Below are positions 8,257 to 20,779 of a DNA stretch of 61,924 nt, in pieces. The translations under genes and the position numbers were made by a program. This DNA comes from Burkholderiaceae bacterium. Its GTDB lineage: Bacteria > Pseudomonadota > Gammaproteobacteria > Burkholderiales > Burkholderiaceae_A. Position 1 is the stretch's first letter; every line of letters starts with the position of its first letter. The DNA lies in the NCBI GenBank assembly GCA_049421125.1, contig JBMSML010000001.1:1-61924 (forward strand), in the 5' to 3' direction. Under the pieces are notes generated by a model. The model saw only the letters and a list, made by a program, of their open reading frames with translations, did not search any database and was not told the DNA's origin.

Positions 8257-11200
8257 AAACCCAGCACCGATGACAGACGTGAGCGCGCGGTGTTCTCGTT
8301 GACCTGCGCACGCGCGGCGTAATCCTTTAACTGATCCTCACCGATCACCCCGAGATTGAAGTACTGGGATTCGGGATGCCAGAAATAAAAACCGGATACT
8401 GCCGATGCGGGCATCATGGCCAGGTTTTCTGTGAGCTGCATGCCGATCTCATCAGCCTGCAGCACATGAAAGAGATCCGTTTTAACCGTGTGATCCGGGC
8501 ATGATGGATATCCGGGTGCCGGACGGATGCCCTGGTACTGCTCTTTAATCAGGGCATCATTGCTCAGAGATTCGCCAGCGGCATAGCCCCAAAACTCGGT
8601 GCGCACGCGCTGATGCAGCCGCTCTGCAAAGGATTCGGCAAGCCGATCGGCGATGGCCTTGACCAAGATCGCGTTGTAGTCATCGCCCTTGGCCTCGTAG
8701 TCCTGGGCCAGCTTCTCGGCACCATCAATGCAAACGGCAAAACATCCCAGGTAATCGGGGATACCGCTGTCTTTTGGAGCCACGTAGTCGGCCAGGGATT
8801 TATTGAACTCCCCGGAGGGTTTTTGGGTTTGCTGCCGCAGTCCCACCCAGGTGAGTAAGGGCGTAGTGCCGTTGGTATCGAGCAGCGTGATGTCTTCGGG
8901 TGCGGTGCGTTGGGCTCGGAACAAACCAAACACGCCATTGGCCGTGAGTTTTCGAGCAGCGACACATTTGGCGAGCATCGCTTTGCCATCGGCATAGACC
9001 TGTCGGGCCTGCGCCCCGACGATCGCATCGTCCAGGATGGCGGGAAAGGGACCGGCCAGATCCCAGGTCTGGAAAAACGGCGTCCAATCGATGGTGTCCA
9101 CCAGTTCCTGTAAATCGTAGGATTTCAGCACGCGTCGACCAAGTGCCTTCGGGGCGGGCGGTGGCGTGCGCTGAAAGTCAATTCCTGGCGCGTTGGCGCG
9201 GGCCTGATCCAGTGTGAGCATGGGCGCCGCGGTCTTGGCGGCATGCCGCTCACGGACTTTTTGATAGTCACGCATCACCTCGCCCAGATAGGCTCCCCTT
9301 TGGGCGGCATCGCTGGTCAACGACTGGGCGACCGGTACCGAGCGACTCGCATCGGGAACCCAGATCACCGGACCGGAATAATGCGGGGCAATTTTTACGG
9401 CCGTGTGAACGCGCGAGGTCGTGGCCCCTCCGATGAGCAATGGGATCTGCTTGCACCGGCACCAGTCATCGCGCTCCATTTCCTTGGCCACGTGGGCCAT
9501 CTCTTCGAGAGACGGCGTGATGAGTCCTGATAATCCAATAATGTCGGCGTCGTGATCTTTGGCGGCCTGCAGAATCTGTTGTGCAGGAATCATTACGCCC
9601 AGATTCACCACTTCAAAGTTATTGCACTGAAGGACCACCGATACGATGTTCTTGCCGATATCGTGGACGTCGCCCTTCACGGTGGCGATGATGATCTTGC
9701 CTTTGGCCTGTGTGCTGCCCGATGCCTTTTGTTCTTCTTCAATGAAGGGCACCAGGTGGGCCACGGCGGCCTTCATCACGCGGGCGGACTTCACCACCTG
9801 GGGCAGGAACATCTTGCCCTGGGCAAACAAATCACCGACGACATTCATGCCGGCCATCAGTGGGCCTTCGATCACTTCAATCGGTCGGCCATGTTTGGCG
9901 GCAATCGCCAGACGCATTTCCTCGGTGTCCTCGACGATGAATTCGGTGAAGCCGTGCACCAGCGCATGTTCGAGCCGTTTTTCCACGGTGAATCCACGCC
10001 AATGCAACTGGATCTCTTCCCGCTTGCCGTCGGCCTTAAGACTGGCTGCAAATTCGATCATGCGCTCGGTCGCATCGGGTCGACGGTTCAGCACAATGTC
10101 TTCGACACGCTCGCGCAGCTCCGGATCGAGATCCTCGTACACACCGAGCTGTCCAGCATTCACAATGCCCATGGTCATGCCGGCTTTCACGGCGTGATAC
10201 AGAAAGACCGTATGGATGGCCTCGCGGGCGGGGTCATTACCCCGGAAGGAAAAGCTCACGTTGGACACGCCACCGGAGATCTTGGCATGGGGCAAGTGTG
10301 CCCGAATCCATCGGCAGGATTCGATGAAATCGATGGCGTAGGCATTGTGTTCGTCAATGCCGGTGGCGATGGCAAAAATATTCGGATCAAAAATGATGTC
10401 TTCGGCCGGGAATCCAACCTCGCGCGTGAGCAGGTCATAGGCCCGTTGGCAGATCTGTTGGCGCCGTGCCAGCGTGTCGGCCTGCCCTTGTTCATCAAAT
10501 GCCATCACGATGACCGCCGCACCGTAGTGACGGCATAGACGAGCCTGACGCAGAAACTCTGCCTCGCCCTCTTTCATGGAGATGGAGTTCACAATGGCCT
10601 TGCCCTGCACGCATTTCAGTCCCGCTTCAATCACGCTCCACTTGGAGGAGTCGATCATGATCGGCACGCGCGAGATGTCGGGTTCAGAGGCAATCAGATT
10701 CAAAAACCGGACCATGGCCGCCTGAGAATCCAGCATTGCCTCGTCCATATTGATGTCAATGACCTGGGCACCGTTTTCAACCTGCTGACGGGCCACCGCA
10801 ATGGCCTGCTCGTATTCACCGGCCAGGATCAGGCGGGCAAACTGCTTCGACCCCGTGACATTGGTGCGTTCGCCCACGTTCACAAAAAACGACTGCTCAT
10901 CAATATTGCAGGCCTCTAGTCCCGACAGGCGAAGTTTGGGGGCGATCGTGGGAATGGCGCGTGGCTGGAAATGGGCAACGGCCTGAGCAATGGCCGCAAT
11001 GTGCTCAGGCGTGGTGCCACAGCATCCGCCGACCACGTTGACCCAGCCTTGTTCGGCGAATTCCTTTAGAAATCCCGAGGTGATGGGGGGCGTCTCATCA
11101 AAGCCGGTGGGGGCCATTGGATTGGGCAGTCCGGCGTTCGGATAAATGCAGATGGCCGTATCCGACAAGCGCGAGATTTCTTCGACATAGGGCCGCATCA

Positions 11201-12011
11201 GGGCGGCCCCGAGCGCACAGTTCAGTCCCACCGTGATGGGGCGGGCATGACGTACGCTATTCCAGAACGCCTCCACGGTCTGTCCGGAGAGAATACGGCC
11301 GGATGCATCGGTGATCGTGCCCGAGATCATGATCGGGTAACGCATTCCGCGTTCTTCGAATACGGTCTGTGTTGCAAAAATCGCCGCCTTGGCGTTCAAG
11401 GTGTCAAAGATGGTTTCAATCAAAATCAGATCGGCACCGCCATCCAAGAGGGCCCGCACCTGATCGGCGTATGCATCCTGCAATTGATCGAAGTGAATGT
11501 TGCGTGCACCGGGATCGTTGACATCCGGCGAGATCGAGGCGGTGCGGGGTGTGGGACCGATGGCGCCGGCCACAAAGCGGGGTTTCTCGGGCGTGGAGAA
11601 TTTCTCACACGCCGCCTTGGCGATTCGTGCCGAGGCCAGATTCATCTCCCGTGCCAACTGCGGCAGATGATAGTCGTCTTGTGCCACAGTGGTGGCGCCA
11701 AAGGTATTGGTCTCCACAATGTCGGCACCCGCGCCCAGATACTGATCGTGAATCTCGGCGATCACATCCGGCCGTGTCAGGGACAGCAGTTCGTTGTTGC
11801 CTTTTACATCAATGCCCTTGGCCACCGCCTGCGTAATCGCATCTCGGACAGGATCTGCGAGACTGCGCATCGCAGTGCCGCGATACTCGTCTTCAGACAG
11901 TTTGTACTGTTGGATCATGGTGCCCGTGGCGCCATCGAGCACCAGAATGCCTTCGGCCAGCCGTGCACGCAGCTGGGCAAACGCGGGGGATTCAGGCAAG
12001 GATTGGGACAT
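8253..12011 (-). CDS. metH: Cobalamin-dependent methionine synthase, single fused polypeptide
   Basis: [22 protein letters not shown]12-binding DVHDIGKN and reactivation RPAPGYP. Alternative in-frame TTG start at 12053. Confidence 0.97.
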   Translation of the reverse strand: MSQSLPESPAFAQLRARLAEGILVLDGATGTMIQQYKLSEDEYRGTAMRSLADPVRDAITQAVAKGIDVKGNNELLSLTRPDVIAEIHDQYLGAGADIVETNTFGATTVAQDDYHLPQLAREMNLASARIAKAACEKFSTPEKPRFVAGAIGPTPRTASISPDVNDPGARNIHFDQLQDAYADQVRALLDGGADLILIETIFDTLNAKAAIFATQTVFEERGMRYPIMISGTITDASGRILSGQTVEAFWNSVRHARPITVGLNCALGAALMRPYVEEISRLSDTAICIYPNAGLPNPMAPTGFDETPPITSGFLKEFAEQGWVNVVGGCCGTTPEHIAAIAQAVAHFQPRAIPTIAPKLRLSGLEACNIDEQSFFVNVGERTNVTGSKQFARLILAGEYEQAIAVARQQVENGAQVIDINMDEAMLDSQAAMVRFLNLIASEPDISRVPIMIDSSKWSVIEAGLKCVQGKAIVNSISMKEGEAEFLRQARLCRHYGAAVIVMAFDEQGQADTLARRQQICQRAYDLLTREVGFPAEDIIFDPNIFAIATGIDEHNAYAIDFIESCRWIRAHLPHAKISGGVSNVSFSFRGNDPAREAIHTVFLYHAVKAGMTMGIVNAGQLGVYEDLDPELRERVEDIVLNRRPDATERMIEFAASLKADGKREEIQLHWRGFTVEKRLEHALVHGFTEFIVEDTEEMRLAIAAKHGRPIEVIEGPLMAGMNVVGDLFAQGKMFLPQVVKSARVMKAAVAHLVPFIEEEQKASGSTQAKGKIIIATVKGDVHDIGKNIVSVVLQCNNFEVVNLGVMIPAQQILQAAKDHDADIIGLSGLITPSLEEMAHVAKEMERDDWCRCKQIPLLIGGATTSRVHTAVKIAPHYSGPVIWVPDASRSVPVAQSLTSDAAQRGAYLGEVMRDYQKVRERHAAKTAAPMLTLDQARANAPGIDFQRTPPPAPKALGRRVLKSYDLQELVDTIDWTPFFQTWDLAGPFPAILDDAIVGAQARQVYADGKAMLAKCVAARKLTANGVFGLFRAQRTAPEDITLLDTNGTTPLLTWVGLRQQTQKPSGEFNKSLADYVAPKDSGIPDYLGCFAVCIDGAEKLAQDYEAKGDDYNAILVKAIADRLAESFAERLHQRVRTEFWGYAAGESLSNDALIKEQYQGIRPAPGYPSCPDHTVKTDLFHVLQADEIGMQLTENLAMMPASAVSGFYFWHPESQYFNLGVIGEDQLKDYAARAQVNENTARSRLSSVLGF

Positions 12012-12076
12012 GGAAATAAAAACGGGGATCGACGATCCCCGGTTTGGGCTCAATGGTTCGACAGGCCGCTATTTTA
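12012..12076 (-). promoter_or_regulatory. Putative metH promoter and leader with a terminator-like hairpin
   Basis: -10-like TAAAAT at 12071-12076; hairpin CGGGGATC-GTC-GATCCCCG followed by TTTTTATTT, ending 2 nt before the ATG. Confidence 0.5.
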
Positions 12077-13061
12077 GACTGTCCAGCCAGCAGACGAGCC
12101 CGTCGGCATTGAGTTTTAGATCCAGATCGAGCACGTCCAGACACTCCGTCCGCGTCAATGCCACGCCATGGGCATCGAGCTCGGCCAGCATCAGTTCCTG
12201 CAGATCATTGCGAATCCGAGCCGGCCGCTCTTGCCCTGCTCCTTGGTGCTTGAGCGCGATCTCGGCAAACGCATCGGTCTGGCGTAATAGATGCTCGCCG
12301 TGACGGGTGACATCGCGCACCTGGGCGTAGTGCGTGAGATAGACCGCAGGGGGCTGGGCGGCCATCAGGCGCCGCATGGAGACCTTGAGGTCGTCAGGGG
12401 TAAATTGGGACGGCGACGAGGTCACAAATACATAGGCCCCGTTGGCAGTATCAAAATCGCGATACGAAATTCCAAACGTGTCACCGGTAAAAAAGCTGTT
12501 GGTGCGCCGGTCACGAATGTAGACATGATGCTTGGCATGCCCCGGGGAATCCCAGAATTCGATGGTGCGCCCGGCTAAAGTGACCGTGCCGCCCTCGGTG
12601 GTCTCCACGATGCGGTCCGCAGGAATGGGCACCAGGCTGCCGTATTCCCGAGTGGCCATTTCCAGTCCGTAGACCTCGCACACGGCGGCCCAGAGTTTGC
12701 TGGGGTCCACCATATGGCGCACGCCCCGCGGGTGCAAGGTCACCCGGGCGTTGGGGCAGTGCTGCAGTAGCGTTCCGGCACCGCCGGCATGGTCTAAATG
12801 AACGTGGGTGAGCAGAATCCAGTCCACGTGTTCCGGGCCAAGCCCAAGCGCGCGGATGGATTCCAAGATCCGGGGCACCGCATACTGGGTCGAGGTGTCG
12901 ACCACGGCGATACGCCCGTTTTCCACGATCAGGTGAACGGCATCGAATTCATCGCGAAAGTAACCGGAATCCAGGGCATAAATGCCATCACCGAAGTCAC
13001 GCAGAATGGGGCTCACCAGGGGTGCGCTGGCATGCTGATGAAAAGCAGTGGCATAGGTCAT
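12069..13061 (-). CDS. MBL-fold metallo-hydrolase
   Basis: THVHLDHAGG, PGHAKHH, FTGD and terminal H motifs. Confidence 0.9.
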   Translation of the reverse strand: MTYATAFHQHASAPLVSPILRDFGDGIYALDSGYFRDEFDAVHLIVENGRIAVVDTSTQYAVPRILESIRALGLGPEHVDWILLTHVHLDHAGGAGTLLQHCPNARVTLHPRGVRHMVDPSKLWAAVCEVYGLEMATREYGSLVPIPADRIVETTEGGTVTLAGRTIEFWDSPGHAKHHVYIRDRRTNSFFTGDTFGISYRDFDTANGAYVFVTSSPSQFTPDDLKVSMRRLMAAQPPAVYLTHYAQVRDVTRHGEHLLRQTDAFAEIALKHQGAGQERPARIRNDLQELMLAELDAHGVALTRTECLDVLDLDLKLNADGLVCWLDSLK

Positions 13062-13078
13062 GTGATGGAAGCGGTGCG

Positions 13079-14533
13079 CTAGGACAGCTTGCGTTTAATG
13101 ATCTCGGTGACCTGTTGCGGATTGGCCTTGCCTTGGGATTTTTTCATGACCTGACCCACCAGCGCATTCAGTGCCTTGTCCTTTCCGCCGCGGAATTCCT
13201 CCACCATTTTCGGATTCGCGCTCAGTACCTCATCGACAAATCCTTCAATCAGCCCGCTGTCTTGGATCTGTTTTAGTCCTTTGGCCTCGATGGCCTGATC
13301 GGCGCTGACAAACTCTCCTGCCCAGAGTGCGGCAAAGACATCGCGTCCAATCTTATTGCTCACCGTGCCGTCGACCACGCGGGCAATCACACCGGAGAGC
13401 TGCACAGGCGAGACCTTGGACTGCGCAATATCTAAGCCTTCCCGGTTGAGGCTCGAGGCGAGTTCACCCATGATCCAGTTGGCGACGAGCTTGGCATCGA
13501 CACCGCAGGACTCGCCTGCATGGAGCGCCGCAAAGAAATAATCGGCGCTCGCCCGGCTACTCGCCATCATCGCGGCGTCATAGTCCGAGAGGCCATGCTC
13601 GCGCACCAGTCGCTCACGCAAGGCATCGGGCAATTCCGGCATTTCTGATCGGATGCGATCGATCCAGTCCTCGGCGATCACCAGCGGCGGAAGATCCGGG
13701 TCCGGAAAATAGCGGTAGTCGTGGGCATCCTCTTTGGAACGCATGGCACGGGTTTCCGCACGATCCGGGTCAAAGAGCCGCGTTTCTTGCGTGACCTGAC
13801 CGCCATCCTCGATTAATTCAATCTGTCGTCGCGCCTCGATCTCGATGGCCTGCTCTAAAAACCGAAACGAGTTCAGGTTCTTAATCTCGCACCGTGTGCC
13901 GAACTCGGACTGTCCCATCGGACGCACCGAAACGTTGGCATCGACCCGAAAGGATCCTTCTTGCAGATTGCCATCGCAAATGCCGATCCAGGTCACGATG
14001 GTGTGCATCGCACGGGCGTAGGCGGCCGCTTCTTTGGCCGAGCGCATCACCGGCTCGGAGACGATTTCCAGAAGGGGGGTGCCGGCGCGATTCAGATCAA
14101 TTCCCGAACAGCCCTGCGGCAGATCATCAATCCCTTCATGGATGGATTTGCCGGCGTCTTCCTCGAGGTGGGCCCGTGTGAGCGCGATCGATTTCACTCC
14201 CTGTTCGGTCACGATGGTGACCTGACCACCGGACACCACCGGAATTTCGTATTGGCTGATCTGATAGCCCTTGGGCAGATCAGGATAGAAATAATTTTTT
14301 CGCGCAAAGATGGACCGATGGGCAATCGTTCCGCCAATCGCTAATCCGAATCGGATAGCGCAGGCGGCGGCCTCGCGGTTCATCACCGGCAGCACACCGG
14401 GAAGGGCCATGTCCACCATGTGGGCCTGGGTGTTTGGAGCAGCCCCAAATCGCGTGGAGGCCGGCGAGAAAATTTTGGAGCGGGTCTGCAATTGCACGTG
14501 GCATTCCAGACCGATCACGATCTCCCACTTCAT
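13079..14533 (-). CDS. gatB: Asp/Glu-tRNA amidotransferase subunit B
   Basis: [36 protein letters not shown]; ATGA overlap with gatA. Confidence 0.97.
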   Translation of the reverse strand: MKWEIVIGLECHVQLQTRSKIFSPASTRFGAAPNTQAHMVDMALPGVLPVMNREAAACAIRFGLAIGGTIAHRSIFARKNYFYPDLPKGYQISQYEIPVVSGGQVTIVTEQGVKSIALTRAHLEEDAGKSIHEGIDDLPQGCSGIDLNRAGTPLLEIVSEPVMRSAKEAAAYARAMHTIVTWIGICDGNLQEGSFRVDANVSVRPMGQSEFGTRCEIKNLNSFRFLEQAIEIEARRQIELIEDGGQVTQETRLFDPDRAETRAMRSKEDAHDYRYFPDPDLPPLVIAEDWIDRIRSEMPELPDALRERLVREHGLSDYDAAMMASSRASADYFFAALHAGESCGVDAKLVANWIMGELASSLNREGLDIAQSKVSPVQLSGVIARVVDGTVSNKIGRDVFAALWAGEFVSADQAIEAKGLKQIQDSGLIEGFVDEVLSANPKMVEEFRGGKDKALNALVGQVMKKSQGKANPQQVTEIIKRKLS

Positions 14534-16071
14534 GCGACCTCCCTCACCGTGTGCTCGAGTGTCTGAAGGTGCCAGTCCGTGGCCCGCTGAAACTGATGGG
14601 CCATGTGCAGCAATCGGGCCTCCTGAAAACGCGGGCCGATGAGCTGTAGGCCCACGGGGCGTCGCGCATGGGCACCCTGACCGAAACCGACCGGCATGGA
14701 CAGGGCCGGCAGTCCCGCCAGATTCACGCCGAGGGTGTAAATGTCGGCCAGGTATTCCGCGAGTGGGTCGGCGGTGACATCCGAGATATTCCAGGCGACC
14801 GTGGGGGCGACCGGCCCGGCGATCACGTCGCATGACTGAAAAGCTACATCAAAATCCTGTGCGACCAGACGACGCACGCGTTGCGCAGCAATGTAATAGG
14901 CGTCGTAGTAGCCGTGCGAGAGCACAAACGTACCAATCAAAATGCGCCGCTTCACTTCCGCACCGAATCCTTCCGAGCGGGAGCGGCAATACAGATCCTG
15001 AAGGTCCTTGGGATTGGCGGCCCGATGCCCAAAGCGTACGCCGTCGAATCGGCTCAGGTTGCTCGAGGCTTCGGCCGGCGCAATCACGTAATAGGCGGGA
15101 ATGGAGAGCGCGGTGCGGGGCAGTGTCACCTCGACCGTCACGGCGCCCAGTCGGGTGAGCCCTGCGATGGCCTCCCCGATGGCCCGACGCACTTCATCGC
15201 TTAATCCTTCTGCGAAAAATTCCTTCGGTAGGCCCACGCGCAAACCCCTCAGCGGCTGGGCGGCATCTGCGCCGTCATGGGGGGCATCGAGATGCTGCGC
15301 AAAATCATCCGCGGGCATCTCCAGACTGGTGGAGTCTTTTTCGTCGAATCCGGTCATGGCCGACAGCAACACGGCGCAGTCGCGGGCGGTCCGGGCCATG
15401 GGGCCGGCCTGATCCAGGCTCGAGGCGTAGGCGATCATTCCCCAGCGCGAGGCCCGCCCATAGGTCGGCTTGATGCCGGTCAGGCCGCACATGGCCGCGG
15501 GCTGACGGATCGAGCCCCCGGTATCGGTGCCGGTGGCCGCGGGGGTCAGCCCGGCCGCCACGGCCGCGGCCGAGCCGCCCGAGGAGCCGCCGGGCACGGC
15601 AGCGCTGTCCCAGGGGTTTTTGACACTGCCGAAGGCCGAGTGGGTGTTGCCCGAGCCCATCGCGAACTCGTCGCAGTTGAGTTTTCCCAGGCCAACCATG
15701 CCGGCGGCCGCCAGCCGCTCGACCACGGTCGCATCAAAGGGGCTGCGATAACCCGCGAGGATCTTGGAGCCGGCGGTGGTGGGCCAGTCCCGTGTGACAA
15801 AGATGTCTTTGTGGGCAATCGGCAGGCCCGCCAGCGAAAACCCGGCGGAGCCGCTCGCGGCCGAGGGTTGACCGGCATCGATTTTGGCCTGTGCCGACCG
15901 GGCTTGGGCCAGGGTCACCTCGGGATCGATGGCCAGAAAGGCGTTGCAGGAGTCGGCCTGGGCGCGCGCCAAGTAGAACTGGGCGAGCTCCACCGCGCCG
16001 ATCTGCCTTTTGGCCAGCTGACCCGCCAGCGTGGCAAGATCCGAATAGGCGGAGAACGGGGACGAGGCCAT
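14530..16071 (-). CDS. gatA: Asp/Glu-tRNA amidotransferase subunit A
   Basis: Amidase signature [28 protein letters not shown]. Confidence 0.97.
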   Translation of the reverse strand: MASSPFSAYSDLATLAGQLAKRQIGAVELAQFYLARAQADSCNAFLAIDPEVTLAQARSAQAKIDAGQPSAASGSAGFSLAGLPIAHKDIFVTRDWPTTAGSKILAGYRSPFDATVVERLAAAGMVGLGKLNCDEFAMGSGNTHSAFGSVKNPWDSAAVPGGSSGGSAAAVAAGLTPAATGTDTGGSIRQPAAMCGLTGIKPTYGRASRWGMIAYASSLDQAGPMARTARDCAVLLSAMTGFDEKDSTSLEMPADDFAQHLDAPHDGADAAQPLRGLRVGLPKEFFAEGLSDEVRRAIGEAIAGLTRLGAVTVEVTLPRTALSIPAYYVIAPAEASSNLSRFDGVRFGHRAANPKDLQDLYCRSRSEGFGAEVKRRILIGTFVLSHGYYDAYYIAAQRVRRLVAQDFDVAFQSCDVIAGPVAPTVAWNISDVTADPLAEYLADIYTLGVNLAGLPALSMPVGFGQGAHARRPVGLQLIGPRFQEARLLHMAHQFQRATDWHLQTLEHTVREVA

Positions 16072-16359
16072 TTATTCCACCACCCGCGGCACGATAAACA
16101 GTCCGCCCGCCGCCTGCGGGGCATTTTTCATGAGTTCGTCACGCGCCGGCAGGTCCTGCGCTTGGTCGTCCCTCAGCCTTAAGGCCAGGTCATGGGGGTG
16201 GGCCATGGGAGGCACCCCTGCGATGGGGGCCCGTGACAGCTCGCCGACCCAGTTCAGGACGGAGACAAGAGAGGGCAGCGCATCGCGTTGCTCGTCTTCC
16301 GAGATCGCCAATCGGGCGAGTCGGGCGAGCTTTGCGAGTTCTTTCGGGTCAAGATCCAT
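16072..16359 (-). CDS. gatC: Asp/Glu-tRNA amidotransferase subunit C
   Basis: LARLARLAI, PMAHP, NAP, FIVPRVVE; 95 aa. Confidence 0.93.
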   Translation of the reverse strand: MDLDPKELAKLARLARLAISEDEQRDALPSLVSVLNWVGELSRAPIAGVPPMAHPHDLALRLRDDQAQDLPARDELMKNAPQAAGGLFIVPRVVE

Positions 16360-16377
16360 AGTGCTTAAATTTAGTGA

Positions 16378-17463
<1,086 letters not shown>

Positions 17464-17495
17464 TTGGCGTGTGAGGGGATTAGCCATTTAGTGAT

Positions 17496-18404
17496 ATGGC
17501 GCTCTCCCAAAGCCCTCCACCACTTTTTAAACAAGGCCTCTCCGCACGGCTTCGACTTCTGATCGCAGTTGTGGCCGCTGTGGGTATGTTGTATGCCGAT
17601 CTGCACGTTGGGGTGCTGAAGCCGCTGCGTCAGGGTCTATCCATGGTGCTCTATCCCATCGAGCAGACCTTGATGGTGCCGCGCGACGTGTTTCGTTGGA
17701 TCGCCAAGTACAGCTCGGCCATCTCGGATGTGGTAGACCGGAAATCTCAGCTGGAAAAAAAGGAAGTCGAGACATCGGAAAAACTGTTGCAGATTGATCA
17801 GTTAAAGGGCGAGAACGACAGCCTGCGTACACTGTTAGAGTTGCGTAAAGGCACCAAGCATGCCACGGTGATCGCCGAGATCAGTCATGAGACACGGGAT
17901 GCGTTTAGTAATCGCATTGTCATCGACCGAGGCAGTCAGCACGGCGTGCAACCCGGCCATCCGGTGATCAACGCCCAAGGTGTTGTGGGTCAGGTGGTCC
18001 GTGTCTCGCCCATCACCTCGGAAGTCTCCTTGGTCACGGATCCCTCCCTCACCATCCCGGTTAATCTTCCGCGCTCCGGTCTGCGCAGCGTGGCCAGCGG
18101 TACCGGAGATGGTCAACAGGTGGATCTGAAATATCTCAACATCAATGCGGAAGTGGAAGTCGGCGATATTCTGGTGACCTCCGGCCTGGACGGGCTTTAC
18201 CCAAGCGGTTTGCCCGTGGCCAAGATCAATCGTGTCGAGCGGGCGGGCAGTGGACAGTTTCCACGCATCTCCTCCACGCCGGTCGCCCCGATTGGAACCC
18301 ACCGGCACGTCTTGGTCATTATGGTCGATCAGCAGCTGATCCCTCCGGCACCGCGTGAGCTGGAAAAGCAGACCCAACCCATCAAACGGGCCTCCGACAA
18401 ATGA
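17496..18404 (+). CDS. mreC: Rod shape-determining protein MreC
   Basis: N-terminal TM, coiled coil, IDRGS, TSGLDGLYPSGLPVA. Confidence 0.95.
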   Translation: MALSQSPPPLFKQGLSARLRLLIAVVAAVGMLYADLHVGVLKPLRQGLSMVLYPIEQTLMVPRDVFRWIAKYSSAISDVVDRKSQLEKKEVETSEKLLQIDQLKGENDSLRTLLELRKGTKHATVIAEISHETRDAFSNRIVIDRGSQHGVQPGHPVINAQGVVGQVVRVSPITSEVSLVTDPSLTIPVNLPRSGLRSVASGTGDGQQVDLKYLNINAEVEVGDILVTSGLDGLYPSGLPVAKINRVERAGSGQFPRISSTPVAPIGTHRHVLVIMVDQQLIPPAPRELEKQTQPIKRASDK

Positions 18405-18907
18405 GACGAACGGTTTTAGGGCGTACCCCGAGCAACGCGATGATCACCTGGTCATTCGTGATCGCATTGGGGTTGGAGATGTTGCCCTGGGGCAACTGGT
18501 TAGTACCGGATTTCATGGCCCTGGTGTTGGTGTTTTGGAATGTCTTTCAGCCACGTCGGGTGGGCATTGCCCTGGCCTGGCTCGTAGGAATTGTTATGGA
18601 TGTCCATGCCGGCGCACTGCTCGGACAGCATGCACTGGCCTATTCCATCTTGTCGTATGGTGCGATCGCACTGCACCGACGACTGCTCTGGTATTCGGTG
18701 TCGGGACAGGCTTTGCAGCTCTTCCCACTGTTTTTGTTGACCAACGTCGTGGTGACACTGGTTCACCTGTTTTTTTCCGGTGTGTCACCGTCCTGGGTGT
18801 ATCTGGTCTCCCCCGTGCTCACGGCGGCCTTATGGATCCCCATGACCACCTGGACATTGAATCGATTGAATCGCCCCATCAGCTCCACTGCGGCCATCGG
18901 CCGTTAA
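18401..18907 (+). CDS. mreD: Rod shape-determining protein MreD
   Basis: PDFMALVLVFW, MDVHAGALLGQHAL; ATGA overlap with mreC. Confidence 0.93.
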   Translation: MRRTVLGRTPSNAMITWSFVIALGLEMLPWGNWLVPDFMALVLVFWNVFQPRRVGIALAWLVGIVMDVHAGALLGQHALAYSILSYGAIALHRRLLWYSVSGQALQLFPLFLLTNVVVTLVHLFFSGVSPSWVYLVSPVLTAALWIPMTTWTLNRLNRPISSTAAIGR

Positions 18908-18934
18908 CGATGGCGTAGGAGTGACATCACACGC

Positions 18935-20779
18935 ATGAATGAGTTTCGTGCCAATGACTCGGGAGATTTCCGGCTAAGGGCCTCGTTCATGGCGGCCCTG
19001 GTCTTGGTCGCCTTCGCGTTGTTGCTCTTGCGTTTTATGTACCTGCAGGTCTGGAAGTACTATGATTTTCATGCGATGAGCGAGGAAAACCGGGTCGCCT
19101 TGTTACCGGTACAGGCCCCCAGAGGCGAGATCTTTGATCGTTTTGGCAACATCATTGCCCGCAATGGATCGGCGTTTGCGCTGGAGATTGAACCCCACAA
19201 GGTTCCCAATCTCGAGGAGACTCTGCACTTTCTAAGCACGCTGATTAAGATTGATGAGCTAGATATGCGCCGTTTCCGGCGCCTCAAAAGCGAGCTGCGT
19301 AAATTTGACACTATTCCTCTGCGCCCTACCTTAAATGATGCCGAGGTGGCCCGTCTCGTGGTGCATCTGCATCAGTTACCGGGGGTGTCGGTCAACGTGC
19401 GCAGTATGCGTTATTACCCGCACGGGGATTCGTCTTCCCATTTGCTGGGCCATATCGGCCGTATTTCGAAACGAGACCGAGAGCGTATCGAGCAGTCGGA
19501 ACTGGCCTCGAGTTATTACGGGACGTCGCATATTGGCAAACTGGGCTTAGAGCAGGCTTATGAAGGCGAACTCCGGGGTCGAACGGGGTTTGATCGGATG
19601 GAAATTACGGCGGGCGGCCGCATGGTGCGCAGTCTGGCGCGGCGACTGCCCGTGCCGGGCAAAAACCTGCGGCTGTCGATTGATGGGGAATTGCAGCGCA
19701 TCGTGGAGCATGCCTATGGCAAGCGGCGCGGAGCACTAGTGGCGATCACGCCTAATACCGGAGAGGTGCTCGCCTTTGTGTCGATGCCTAACTTCAATCC
19801 GGCTTTATTTATCGACGGCATCGATGCCACCACTTGGGACGCCTTAAACCACTCGCCGGATAAGCCACTGCTCAACCGGCCCTTGCGGGGCACCTACCCG
19901 CCGGGATCGACTTATAAGCCGTTTATGGCCATCGCGGCCCTGGAATCGGGCACGCGCAAACCGGAAGATACCATCAATGATCCGGGTTACTTTATGTTCG
20001 GTAACCACAAGTTCCGTGACAGCAAACCCGAAGGCAATGGCATCGTAGATCTGAAAAAATCCATTGTTGTATCCAGTGATACCTACTATTACATCCTCGC
20101 TAAAGACATGGGCGTGGATCTGATTCATCAACACGTAGCCCCCTGGGGTTTTGGCCAAAAAACGGGCATCGATCTGATTGGTGAAACCACCGGGATTTTG
20201 CCCTCTTCGAAATGGAAAGAGGACCGGTTTAAACAACCTTGGCACCCTGGCGAGAACATGTCGATCGGCATCGGCCAGGGCTATAACTCGTTTTCCATTT
20301 TGCAAATGGCCACTGCCACGGCAGGACTGGCCAATCGTGGTGTCATCATGAAACCGCGATTGGTGCAGTCGATTGAGGATCCCAATACCGGGGAGGTGAT
20401 CAAAACCAATCCGGAGGTGTTGCGGAAGGTCCCGGTGGATGACAAGGCTCTCGATCTGGTCATCGATGCCATGGTCGAGGTTAACAAATCCGGAACGGGA
20501 GCGCGCGTGTTTACCGGTGCGCCCTATCCGGTGGCGGGAAAGACCGGCACGGCCCAGGTGGTGAGCATTGGTCAGAATGAAAAATATAATGCCGCACGCG
20601 TGGCCGAGCGCCACCGTGACCATTCGCTCTACATCGCCTTCGCGCCGGCCGATAAGCCTGAAGTGGCCGTGGCCTTGATTGTGGAAAACGGCGGGTTTGG
20701 TGCCGCCGCCGCCGCACCAATTGCCCGTGCGGTATTCGATCATCTATTGCTCAAAAAAGGGTCTGATCGTGCCCAGTGA
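18935..20779 (+). CDS. mrdA: Penicillin-binding protein 2
   Basis: SxxK (STYK), SSD and KTG motifs; APRGEIFDR. Confidence 0.96.
   Translation: MNEFRANDSGDFRLRASFMAALVLVAFALLLLRFMYLQVWKYYDFHAMSEENRVALLPVQAPRGEIFDRFGNIIARNGSAFALEIEPHKVPNLEETLHFLSTLIKIDELDMRRFRRLKSELRKFDTIPLRPTLNDAEVARLVVHLHQLPGVSVNVRSMRYYPHGDSSSHLLGHIGRISKRDRERIEQSELASSYYGTSHIGKLGLEQAYEGELRGRTGFDRMEITAGGRMVRSLARRLPVPGKNLRLSIDGELQRIVEHAYGKRRGALVAITPNTGEVLAFVSMPNFNPALFIDGIDATTWDALNHSPDKPLLNRPLRGTYPPGSTYKPFMAIAALESGTRKPEDTINDPGYFMFGNHKFRDSKPEGNGIVDLKKSIVVSSDTYYYILAKDMGVDLIHQHVAPWGFGQKTGIDLIGETTGILPSSKWKEDRFKQPWHPGENMSIGIGQGYNSFSILQMATATAGLANRGVIMKPRLVQSIEDPNTGEVIKTNPEVLRKVPVDDKALDLVIDAMVEVNKSGTGARVFTGAPYPVAGKTGTAQVVSIGQNEKYNAARVAERHRDHSLYIAFAPADKPEVAVALIVENGGFGAAAAAPIARAVFDHLLLKKGSDRAQ

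Noticed and set aside
12012-12068. Cobalamin or SAH riboswitch upstream of metH
   Set aside because: The region is too short for a B12 aptamer and lacks the GAGGAGCG/CCAGG/CGCUC SAH core. It is kept as an unexplained leader instead.
14534-14833. N-terminal extensions in the ORF track for gatB (also gatC, the porin, rodA, the MoeB-like gene and the HAD gene)
   Set aside because: They overlap neighbouring genes or promoters, and family similarity begins only at the downstream starts used here.
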